From NCBI GenBank assembly GCA_031556275.1, contig JAVBTG010000001.1:1-39759 (forward strand): 39,759 nucleotides of DNA, in the 5' to 3' direction. Position 1 is the first letter of the stretch. Every line of letters begins with the position of its first letter. Below the pieces are notes generated by a model that was not told the DNA's origin, searched no databases, and worked only from the letters and a program-made list of their open reading frames with translations. This document shows, one piece after another, positions 9,362-16,406 of the stretch. Source of the stretch: Opitutales bacterium. GTDB lineage: Bacteria > Verrucomicrobiota > Verrucomicrobiia > Opitutales > JAKPNF01. A program made the position numbers and the translations under genes.

Positions 9362-9556
9362 TGGGGCGTTGGGCCTCTGTGAAATCCTGCGCGAATTTCC
9401 TCCGGAAATCCGCGTTCCCGCGGTTAAAATCGGGCAATGCTGCGTTATCGTCGCCGAGAAGCGGGAGCAGTAAGCATCGTACAGCCCCCGCCTCACGGCT
9501 TCCTCAAACTTCGCCTTGCCCGATTTTTCCGCGCGGGAAAGGTGAGAGGAATCTAG
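9362..9556. repeat. intergenic hairpin-forming repeat element, copy 1 (paralogous to 34300..34470)
   Basis: Aligns by eye in the same orientation with 34300-34470: tcctgcgcg(a/c)atttcc..gttcccgcgg..aaaatc(g/a)ggcaa...cctcaaacttcgccttgccc(g/a)atttt..cgcgggaaag..ggaatctag. The left arm gttcccgcggttaaaatcgggcaa (9414-9437) is complementary to the right arm ttgcccgatttttccgcgcgggaa (9517-9540), giving 8-bp and 12-bp stems. Confidence 0.6.
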
Positions 9557-9972
9557 ATGGAAACTGTGGGGGTGAAATGCTTGTTGTTAGAAAAATGCCA
9601 AAATTATAGCAGCAAGGAATTTTGTTGTTCATGAATGAGTAACAAGGATTTTGGCATTTGGGAAGCGGTGTTGATAGTGGTGTCGGGAAGCGGGCAGTTC
9701 TTGCAATGGGGCGGGGGGTTTTTGTAGGCTGGGGCGTGTCTTCAAATTCAAAACACATCGGCTGCTCGGTCCGTTTTTGCCCCTTTTTTGTTTCCTCACC
9801 TCGACGATGCTCTGCATCGCCTCGGTTAGAAGCCCAAAAAATGGGCTAAAAACTGCCTGTCGCACCCTCCGTTTGAATTTGAAAACACGCCCTGGGGCGT
9901 TAACTTTTTGATGGCGTGCTGGCGCACGTTTTTCTTTAACACTTTTTTCGCGCGGGGGACCGCGCAACCTAT

Positions 9973-10893
9973 ATGGAAACAATTCAAATCAACGGCAGGG
10001 ATATCGCGAAATGGACGGTCGGGGCTTCCACGTTTTTGGCGTGGCCGGAGGCGGGGGCGCGGTTGCTGAACTGGCATTTGACGTTGGCGGACGGGACGGT
10101 GCGCGACGTCGTTTATTGGCCTGAGGACGCCGACATGGGGAACGTCGCCAAAGTGCGCGGGGGGAACCCGATTTTGTTTCCGTTCTGCGGCCGCTCGTTC
10201 AACGACGGCGAGATTTTCATGTGGAAGGATCCGGACGGCGTCGTGCGGCCCATGCCCATGCACGGGTTCGCGCGGGACGGAAAGTTTCGGATTGAGGACG
10301 TGAGCGACGCCGGGTTTGTGGCCGTGCTCGAGCCATCCGAGGCGGCAAAAAAGGCGTACCCGTTTGACTACGAGTTCAGCGTGCGCTACCGGTTTTCGGA
10401 GCTGTCGTTCACCGTGGATTTGATTTTGGCGAACAACGGCAAAAAACCGCTACCGTGGAGCGCCGGGCACCACTTTTATTTCCAACTGCCGTGGCACGCG
10501 GGGGCCCAGCGAAAGGATTACCGCATCCGCATCCCCGCCAAAAAGGCAGTCCGCCAGAACCCCGACGGGACATTGCAGGCGGAAAAGCTCGAGGGCGACA
10601 CTTTTTCTTTTGATGATCCTGCTTTAAGCGACCGCATCCACGCCAAGCTGAAGGAAAACAGCGTCACTTTCGGCCCGCGCAGCGGGGAGGAGGACATGCG
10701 TGTCTCCATCGGCGCGGGCCCCGGCGTGCCGCCGTGGGCGAGCGTCGTCACATGGACGGAAAAGGCCGACAGCCCGTTTTACTGTGTCGAGCCGTGGATG
10801 GGCCCGCCCAATGCCGCCGAGCACAAGAACGGCCTGCACTACGTCGAGCCGGGGAAGACCGAGGCGTTCACGGTCGAGGTGTCGCTGTTTTAA
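9973..10893 (+). CDS. aldose 1-epimerase (galactose mutarotase-like) family protein
   Basis: 306-aa ORF with an ATG start. The motifs GGNPILFPFCGR, PMHGFAR, PFDYEFSVRY, SAGHHFYFQLP and YCVEPW match the pattern of aldose-1-epimerase / YeaD-like proteins. Confidence 0.75.
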   Translation: METIQINGRDIAKWTVGASTFLAWPEAGARLLNWHLTLADGTVRDVVYWPEDADMGNVAKVRGGNPILFPFCGRSFNDGEIFMWKDPDGVVRPMPMHGFARDGKFRIEDVSDAGFVAVLEPSEAAKKAYPFDYEFSVRYRFSELSFTVDLILANNGKKPLPWSAGHHFYFQLPWHAGAQRKDYRIRIPAKKAVRQNPDGTLQAEKLEGDTFSFDDPALSDRIHAKLKENSVTFGPRSGEEDMRVSIGAGPGVPPWASVVTWTEKADSPFYCVEPWMGPPNAAEHKNGLHYVEPGKTEAFTVEVSLF

Positions 10894-10936
10894 TTGGTAT
10901 TTTACTGACTGTTAGTAGGATGCGCCTTTTGCAATT

Positions 10937-10954
10937 ATGTCGATGAATTCGACA
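10937..10954. promoter_or_regulatory. 18-nt repeat with imperfect 6-3-6 palindrome (atGTCGATgaaTTCGACa), distal copy flanking fic
   Basis: Seen directly. It differs at one position from 12159-12176 and lies 64 nt beyond the fic stop. Confidence 0.35.
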
Positions 10955-10961
10955 TATATAA

Positions 10962-11000
10962 AAAACGTGTCGATTTTTTTGGAAAAAATGGACACGTTTT
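10962..11000. terminator. long hairpin between the convergent mutarotase-like and fic genes (putative bidirectional terminator)
   Basis: aaaacgtgtcgattttttt / ggaaaaaatggacacgtttt. The outer 10 bp pair perfectly and the A/T inner stem extends the pairing. U-runs follow on both strands. Confidence 0.5.
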
Positions 11001-11017
11001 GTGCGGGGTGGTTTTTT

Positions 11018-12136
11018 TTAACGCCGCAAAATTTCCACGAGGCGGGTGTTGATGTAAATCTTTTCCCGCCCGCTTTTGACCTCTTGCAGGATGCCTAGGC
11101 GAACGAGTTCCTGCAAATAGATGCTGGCGGTTTGGCGTTTAGCCAGACCGTAGTGGACCAAGAAGTTCACCTTGCAATACGCCTGTCGGAAAATGATTTC
11201 GACCAGCTCTTTGCTGTAGATTTTGGGGGCTTTGGTTTTGACTAGGGTGCGTGTTTCTTCAAAAAGACTGCCGATTTGTCGAATGCGCTGGGTTGTGTGC
11301 AGCGACATTTCAGCGACGGCTTTTAGCATGTAGAGAACCCATGCCTCCCATTTCTTTTCTTCCGTGACGGCGCAGAAAAGACGGTAGTATTCATTTTTGT
11401 TTTCAATGATGTAGCGGCTTAGGTAAAGCACCGGCAGATCGAGCAGGCCCTCGTTGATCAGGAACAGGATGTTCATGATGCGGCCCGTGCGGCCGTTGCC
11501 GTCGTCAAAGGGGTGGATCGTCTCGAATTGATAGTGGGCCAGTGCCATGCGTATAAGCGGGTCGTGGCTTTTGTAATGGGCGATGTACTCGTCCAGATCG
11601 TTCAACTTGTCCAGCAGAATGTCGCCGCCTTGGGGCGGTGTGTACCTGCGCTCGCCCGTGTCGGGATTGGACAGGGCCACGACATTTCCGTAGGGACGAA
11701 AACTGACGGAGCGCCCGCGCAGGCACGAGCAGATGTCGCGGATCAACCGCATATTGAAGGGGCGCGTCTTCATTTCCTCGTACCCGTAGCGCAGGGCCAT
11801 GCGGTAGCGCAAAACCTCCTTGGTGGCGGGATCGATTTTATTCTCGTCCAGTGCTTCGTTGCGCAGCAGGCTCGACTCGCTCATCAGGTCGGCTTGAAAA
11901 AGTTTGTCCTGCGTGGTGACGATGTTTTCGATCTCCGAGCTGATCTTGGCTTCTTGCAGCGGGATCGAGTTTATCAAAATGCTCTGGTCGGGCAACGTGT
12001 GGGCAACCCCCTTGAGTTCCGCCAAGGCGCGCGTGGCCTGCAAGCATGCCTTGAGGACCTCCTTTGTTTCGACTTCGCAGGGCGGAGGCAAGGCAGGCAA
12101 TTCGTTGAAAGGCCGTGTGCGGTCGTGGGCGCTCAT
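11018..12136 (-). CDS. fic: Fic family protein (class II, auto-inhibited AMPylase-type) with C-terminal winged-helix region
   Basis: 372-aa ORF. The Fic active-site motif is HPFDDGNGRTGR (nt ~11482-11517). An N-terminal inhibitory-helix motif SxxxEN lies within KISSEIENIV, matching the [S/T]xxxE[G/N] motif of class II Fic proteins. The C-terminal 70 aa resemble a wHTH (LAKRQTASIYLQELVRLGIL). The gene and its flanks look more AT-rich than the neighbours. Confidence 0.9.
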   Translation of the reverse strand: MSAHDRTRPFNELPALPPPCEVETKEVLKACLQATRALAELKGVAHTLPDQSILINSIPLQEAKISSEIENIVTTQDKLFQADLMSESSLLRNEALDENKIDPATKEVLRYRMALRYGYEEMKTRPFNMRLIRDICSCLRGRSVSFRPYGNVVALSNPDTGERRYTPPQGGDILLDKLNDLDEYIAHYKSHDPLIRMALAHYQFETIHPFDDGNGRTGRIMNILFLINEGLLDLPVLYLSRYIIENKNEYYRLFCAVTEEKKWEAWVLYMLKAVAEMSLHTTQRIRQIGSLFEETRTLVKTKAPKIYSKELVEIIFRQAYCKVNFLVHYGLAKRQTASIYLQELVRLGILQEVKSGREKIYINTRLVEILRR

Positions 12137-12158
12137 GTGAAAAAAGGGGTTTTGTGGA

Positions 12159-12176
12159 ATGTCGATGAAATCGACA
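12159..12176. promoter_or_regulatory. 18-nt repeat with perfect 6-3-6 palindrome (atGTCGATgaaATCGACa) in the fic upstream region; candidate operator
   Basis: Seen directly, 23-40 nt upstream of the fic ATG in an AT-rich spacer. That spacer also carries further TCGAC-containing half sites (12206-12215, 12240-12247). Confidence 0.35.
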
Positions 12177-12302
12177 GGTTGGCTATATATGTTTATATTA
12201 TTCTAAAAAATCGACAAATTAAAGATTATATTTGCTTTCGTGTCGAAAATTTATTGAAAAATAAGCATATCTTTAAGTAAAAAGCAATGCCGTGGGGTGG
12301 CG

Positions 12303-12869
12303 TTAAAAACAACCCAATCCGCTAAAAGTGTCCCATAGGCGGAGCAACCATCGGCCAAATGAGCGGATGGTTGCCTTGAAACTTTGTCCGCGCAACTGCC
12401 CTAAAAATTCGACGGTGAAGGTGATGGCCAGCGCGAGGGCACACAGCAGCAATAGCGGCGGCCAGAATGGGTGTTCGCCGGTGTTTGCGGCGAGGATGGC
12501 GCACAGCGCGATACCCGCAAGCGTGAGCGCGAGCCGCCAAGGGCGCGTGATGGTAGGCGTGGGCGCCTCCACGCCGTGGTGCGCGAAAATTTTGGAGATT
12601 TCCTCTGCCTTCGTCGTCCAAAATAGAAGGTAGGCGGGGGCGTTGGGGGCTTTGTGGATGATGCGGACGCCTTTTGAAAAGAGGCCGTGTTTGCGGCGGA
12701 TGCAGAGGATGTCCGCGTGTGCCAACGTGTATTTTTTGTTTTGAAAAAAATGGCGGCCGATTTCGATGTGGTCGTCCTCAAAAGACAGACGGGCGAAGGG
12801 CCATGAAAAACTCCATGCCAGAAAACTGTTTTTCCCGATGCGCAGGCCGCCTTTGAATGTTTTCTTCAT
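12303..12869 (-). CDS. small paralogue family, member 4 of 4: conserved ~100-aa N-domain plus C-terminal two-TM extension
   Basis: 188-aa ORF with an ATG start. The N-terminal 105 aa align with the three upstream genes (MKKTFKGGLRIG..WPFARLSFEDDHIEIG..YTLAHADI..GVRIIHKAPNAPAYLLFW..EEISKIFAHHGVE). The tail has two hydrophobic helices (LALTLAGIALCAILAA, WPPLLLLCALALAITFTVEF). Confidence 0.7.
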   Translation of the reverse strand: MKKTFKGGLRIGKNSFLAWSFSWPFARLSFEDDHIEIGRHFFQNKKYTLAHADILCIRRKHGLFSKGVRIIHKAPNAPAYLLFWTTKAEEISKIFAHHGVEAPTPTITRPWRLALTLAGIALCAILAANTGEHPFWPPLLLLCALALAITFTVEFLGQLRGQSFKATIRSFGRWLLRLWDTFSGLGCF

Positions 12870-12891
12870 GGGGTTGCGGGAGGAGTCGGGT

Positions 12892-13206
12892 TCATTGTTG
12901 GATGACTTGCACGCCGTATCGCGCGAAGATGTCGCAGATCTCTTTTATTTTTCCCGACCAGAACAGGAGGTAGACGGGGGTGTCGGGCGTTTTGTGGATG
13001 ATGCGCAATCCCGTAAAAAGATGGCGTTCCGGGCCAATGGATTGGATGTCCGCGTATGCCAGTATGTGTTTTTTCTTTGGGAAAAAACGATAGACGATTT
13101 CGACGTGGTCCTGTTTAAGGGACAGGGAAATGAGCGGCCACGTGTAATTCAAGGCGCGGGAAAAAGTTTCTCCCGCGCGCAGGCCGCCGATGAACTTTTT
13201 TTCCAT
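12892..13206 (-). CDS. small paralogue family, member 3 of 4 (104 aa, unknown function)
   Basis: MEKKFIGGLRAG..WPLISLSLKQDHVEIV..HILAYADIQS..GLRIIHKTPDTPVYLLFW..KEICDIFARYGVQV. It lies 22 nt upstream of member 4, and a GGAG-type RBS is present in the spacer. Confidence 0.7.
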   Translation of the reverse strand: MEKKFIGGLRAGETFSRALNYTWPLISLSLKQDHVEIVYRFFPKKKHILAYADIQSIGPERHLFTGLRIIHKTPDTPVYLLFWSGKIKEICDIFARYGVQVIQQ

Positions 13207-13230
13207 GGGTTTACAGAGGGGGGAAATGGG

Positions 13231-13548
13231 TTATTTTTGTGTGACCTCTACGCCGTGTTGCGCGAAGGTGTCGCAGATTTCTTTTGTTTTGGGGGACCAA
13301 AACAAGAGGTAGGCGGGGACTTGGGGGGATTGGTGGAGGATGCGCATGCGCGTGAAAAAAAGGATGCGCTCCAAACGGACGGACTGGATGTCCGCGTATG
13401 CCAGCGTGTGCTTTTTTGTGAAGGAAAAACGGCAGCCGATCTTGATGTGGTCGGAGTCGAAGGAAAGAAAGGCCAGCGGCCACGTGCAGTTCAAGGCGAG
13501 GGAGCGAGACTCGCCTGCGACTAGGCCGCCGATGAACTTTTTTTGCAT
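13231..13548 (-). CDS. small paralogue family, member 2 of 4 (105 aa, unknown function)
   Basis: MQKKFIGGLVAG..WPLAFLSFDSDHIKIG..HTLAYADIQS..RMRILHQSPQVPAYLLFW..KEICDTFAQHGVEV. There is nucleotide-level similarity to member 1, for example ttatttttgtgtgacctctacgcc vs ctatttttgtgcgacctctacgtc. Confidence 0.7.
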   Translation of the reverse strand: MQKKFIGGLVAGESRSLALNCTWPLAFLSFDSDHIKIGCRFSFTKKHTLAYADIQSVRLERILFFTRMRILHQSPQVPAYLLFWSPKTKEICDTFAQHGVEVTQK

Positions 13549-13570
13549 GGGGTTGCGCGGTGGGGACGGG

Positions 13571-13891
13571 CTATTTTTGTGCGACCTCTACGTCGTGTTG
13601 GGCGAAGATGTCGCAGATTGCTTTTGTTTTGGAGGGCCAGACAAACAGGAGATAGGCGGGGATATGGGGGGCTTTGTGGATGATGCGGATGCCTTTTGAA
13701 ATAAAGAGGCGCTCCAGACGGAGGGATTGGATGTCCGCGTACGCCAGCCGCCATTTTTTCATGAAGAAAAAATGGCAACTCAGTTCGATGTGATCGGCTT
13801 CAAAAGACAGGCGGGAGCACGGCCAAGAAGGATGGTATACAAGGAAGCGATTTTTCCCCGCATACAGTAGGCCTATGAATTTCTTGCTCAC
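13571..13891 (-). CDS. small paralogue family, member 1 of 4 (106 aa, unknown function)
   Basis: GTG start. MSKKFIGLLYAG..WPCSRLSFEADHIELS..WRLAYADIQS..GIRIIHKAPHIPAYLLF..KAICDIFAQHDVEV. Confidence 0.65.
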   Translation of the reverse strand: MSKKFIGLLYAGKNRFLVYHPSWPCSRLSFEADHIELSCHFFFMKKWRLAYADIQSLRLERLFISKGIRIIHKAPHIPAYLLFVWPSKTKAICDIFAQHDVEVAQK

Positions 13892-13921
13892 AGATTTTTA
13901 TAGGTGGCTTTTTTTGGGGGG

Positions 13922-13956
13922 CAAAAAAGGGCGGGCATCATGCCCGCCCTTTTTGT
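13922..13956 (-). terminator. rho-independent terminator after the 13997..15187 gene
   Basis: aaaaaagggcgggcatcatgcccgccctttttg: a GC-rich 9-bp stem with a 3-nt loop, flanked by A/T runs on both sides. Confidence 0.75.
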
Positions 13957-13996
13957 ATTCATGTTTTAAATACGCCTTTGGTCGGGGCGCGTCGTC

Positions 13997-15187
13997 TTAC
14001 TTGCAGTCGCAGTCGCAGCCGAAGGCCGCTTGGCCTTCCCTCAGGAAGCCGAGGTTTACCGCGACGTCGGCCGTCGCGCCGCTGAGGGCGGTGAGGCGGA
14101 TTTTGCCGTCGTCGAGCTTTTCCACCTTGGCCACCTCGTCGAAGTTTTTTGGGACGGCCGCGACGCCCATGATATAGCGGATCTTGGTCGGCTTTTTCGA
14201 GGAGAATTTTATCGTCGTGGGCACGTCCTTTTTCTTGAGGGCGTTCGGGGCCTGCGATTCGGCCCAGCCGTAGGCGAAGTAGCTCGTGACGTCTTCCAAA
14301 CCGATGCGGTCGGTGTGGCGCCCGTTCCACGGGGCGTAATGGCGGCCGCCGTTGCTGATCCACAGAACCGTCGCCGCCAGCACTTTCGGGTCTTTCAGCG
14401 CGAAATAGAGCCAGCCTTCCTTCTGCACCACGGCCGATACCCACGCGAAGTCGGCCTTGGGGTCGTTCAGCAGCAGGGCCAAATCCTCGAAACCGCGGCG
14501 GGCGGGGTAGACGCTCAGGTCGGCGGTTGTGCCGCATATCGTCGGCACTTTTTTAAGGGAGGTGAAGCGCGCGCCCTCCTTCAATGCCTGATAGCCGCCT
14601 TGGGCGGGGTTTTCAAAGGGAGTAGGGTTCACAAAGCCCTCCTTGAAGGGCCCCGCGCTGATGCGGGTCGTTTTGCCCGTGAAATCCAAGGTGGGGTGAT
14701 GGCCCACGGGCATCTGGGCGTTCAGGCCCGACACGGTGTGCTCGCTGTAAATGACGCTCTGGCCGGCGCGCGCGTAGAGGCGTTTGTCCACGCGCAGACC
14801 TTTGATTTTTTTCGAGGTCTGCGAGAGGTGGAGCATCGCGCCGTTTTTGCATTTTTGGGATTCCTCAAAATCCCATTCGGCATTCGCCGGGTCGCCGTGG
14901 CACTCGAAGGAAAACTGCTTTGTGCCGTAGCCGAGCTTTTTGATCGGGGTGGTGTTGCCGCCGAAGGGCAGGCAGAAAAAGTCCCCGCGCAGGTTCTTCG
15001 CGATACGGTCTATGCCGGGGGCCACCTTTTCGTCGCACCACGGCACCACCGAAAACGGGCGGATGGTTTTGCCGCCGCAACGGAATGTCACCGGCGCGCA
15101 GTGCCCGCCTTCCTTTGTGACCGCGAGGTCCACGTTTTTGCTTTTCAGTTCGTAGGAGGGTTGTCCGCAGATTTTTTTGGTTTTCAT
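13997..15187 (-). CDS. hypothetical protein, possibly galactose-mutarotase-like fold
   Basis: The ORF track gives 13997..15286. ATG 15187 (MKTKKICGQPSYEL...) is the more plausible start. The beta-rich sequence has HGDPANAEWDF, PVGHHPTLDF and ISNGGRHYAPWNGRH, which is only weakly reminiscent of the aldose-epimerase superfamily. It ends in an unusual ...GCDCDCK tail. Confidence 0.6.
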   Translation of the reverse strand: MKTKKICGQPSYELKSKNVDLAVTKEGGHCAPVTFRCGGKTIRPFSVVPWCDEKVAPGIDRIAKNLRGDFFCLPFGGNTTPIKKLGYGTKQFSFECHGDPANAEWDFEESQKCKNGAMLHLSQTSKKIKGLRVDKRLYARAGQSVIYSEHTVSGLNAQMPVGHHPTLDFTGKTTRISAGPFKEGFVNPTPFENPAQGGYQALKEGARFTSLKKVPTICGTTADLSVYPARRGFEDLALLLNDPKADFAWVSAVVQKEGWLYFALKDPKVLAATVLWISNGGRHYAPWNGRHTDRIGLEDVTSYFAYGWAESQAPNALKKKDVPTTIKFSSKKPTKIRYIMGVAAVPKNFDEVAKVEKLDDGKIRLTALSGATADVAVNLGFLREGQAAFGCDCDCK

Positions 15188-15533
15188 GGGTGATGAATCA
15201 GGGTTTTTGGAAAAGCCGATCTGTCGGCGTGGAGCATTTTTAGGCCATAGGCACGCCACGGCATCGCAGTGTTCACCATTAAACACCTTTGCGAACTCAA
15301 ATAAAGGTAAAATTTTACGGGGTGCGCGAAGACGCTACTCTAGGGCACGCCGCGCGGGCGCTGTGCGCGCGGGCCGGAGGCGGGCATAGGCGGGGTTTTG
15401 CGATAAAACATAGCCTTGCACGGACAGGGGAATATTGACAAACTCACTTTGTTATAACACAGTAATCATTGAGGGGCGTATTTGGAAACAACCGCAAAAT
15501 CTAGCTTCGCCTCTTTTTTACCTTACCGCTTTT

Positions 15534-16379
15534 ATGGCCAACCCAAAGAAATTTAACATCCGCTGCGATCTCGAAGGCGTCTCCGGCGTCGTGCGCCCCG
15601 TGCAGTCGGACCCGAGCAAGCCCGAATACCCGCAAACGTGCGAGTGGTTCATGGAGGAGCTGCTCGCCATGGTCGAGGGGCTTTTGGACGGCGGGGCCGC
15701 CGAGGTCGCCGTGTATGACGAGCATTGGTTTGGCACCAACATCGACATCGCGCGCCTGCCGCGCGGGGTGAAGGCGATTTGCGGCAAGCCCGCTTACCAG
15801 CCCAACTGGGCGGGCGGCATCGACAGCTCTTTTGCGGGGTTTCTCCTGCACGGCTTCCATTCGATGGAAGGCACCGGGCACCTGCTCGCGCACACGTACG
15901 AGCCTGACTTTAAGGCCATCCGCCTCAACGGGGTGAAGATGGGCGAGATCGGCATGGAGTCGGCCATCGCGGGCGATTGGGGCGTGCCCTTGCTGATGAT
16001 CACCGCGGACGACAAGGGGGTTGAGGAGGCGCAAAAGCTCATTCCGGGCGTCGTCGGGGTGGCGACGAAAATTTCCCGCGCGCTCCACGGCGGCGAATGC
16101 TTCGCCCTCGAGGACAACTGCGCCAATATCTACCGCGCGGCCGCCGCCATCGCCCAAAACGCGCCGGCCGTGAAGCCCTACAAGATCAAGGGCAACGCGC
16201 GGTTCGAGGCGGATTATTTTGACGGGCCGTATGTGGACACGCTGCGCCGGATGTTCCCAAAACTGTTTATCAAGAAAAACACCGTCGCCATCGAGGCCAA
16301 GACCGCCACCGCCGCGTGGGCGAAGATCTGGCAATGCAAGCTCGCCGTCCAGGCCGAGATGGCCAAAAACGCGGAATAA
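15534..16379 (+). CDS. peptidase M55 (D-aminopeptidase DppA-like) family protein
   Basis: The real start is taken as ATG 15534 (MANPKKFNIRCDLEGVSGVV). The called TTG 15435 sits inside a TTGACA hexamer. DLEGVSGV, VYDEHWFGTNI and GFHSMEGTGHLLAHTY resemble the DppA/M55 motifs D-x-EG-x-x-G, D-x-H and GYH..G....H. Confidence 0.72.
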   Translation: MANPKKFNIRCDLEGVSGVVRPVQSDPSKPEYPQTCEWFMEELLAMVEGLLDGGAAEVAVYDEHWFGTNIDIARLPRGVKAICGKPAYQPNWAGGIDSSFAGFLLHGFHSMEGTGHLLAHTYEPDFKAIRLNGVKMGEIGMESAIAGDWGVPLLMITADDKGVEEAQKLIPGVVGVATKISRALHGGECFALEDNCANIYRAAAAIAQNAPAVKPYKIKGNARFEADYFDGPYVDTLRRMFPKLFIKKNTVAIEAKTATAAWAKIWQCKLAVQAEMAKNAE

Positions 16380-16406
16380 AAGAACCTCAACCAGCCCATA
16401 TTTCCC

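Noticed and set aside
9337-9972. Tn7-like element or CAST insertion at the glmS attachment site
   Set aside because: The position is suggestive, but I see no tnsA/B/C/D, Cas or integrase genes anywhere in the window. I also recognise no Tn7-type end repeats (multiple ~22-bp TnsB sites). Only the structured repeats are retained, as a finding.
9191-9982. Short ORFs in the glmS-downstream region (9191..9496, 9504..9758 and 9629..9982 on the minus strand; 9361..9609 and 9658..9849 on the plus strand)
   Set aside because: They overlap one another in different frames and are Pro/Arg/Ser-rich. They coincide with the hairpin arms and repeat element. The apparent peptide similarity between the two repeat copies (LPDFNRGNADFRRKF vs MPDFDRGNVRFRRKC) is explained by nucleotide identity.
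14030-15193. 387-aa plus-strand ORF opposite 13997..15187; similar long antisense ORFs at 17566..18609, 36017..36994, 38098..39516, 4065..5000, 11513..12280, 12766..13524 and 24775..25506
   Set aside because: In each case the opposite strand encodes a protein with a signal peptide, lipobox, recognisable motifs or paralogue support. The antisense products are Arg/Gly/Ala-rich with no motifs.
15450-15459. Perfect 10-bp palindrome TGTTATAACA next to a TTGACA box upstream of the M55 gene, and AATATTGACA boxes at ~15431, ~21944 and ~5328-5337
   Set aside because: These may be promoter or operator elements, but spacing to any -10-like hexamer is inconsistent (4-11 nt). No regulator gene is adjacent. 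Three occurrences are too few to define a motif. They are mentioned only in relation to start-codon choice.
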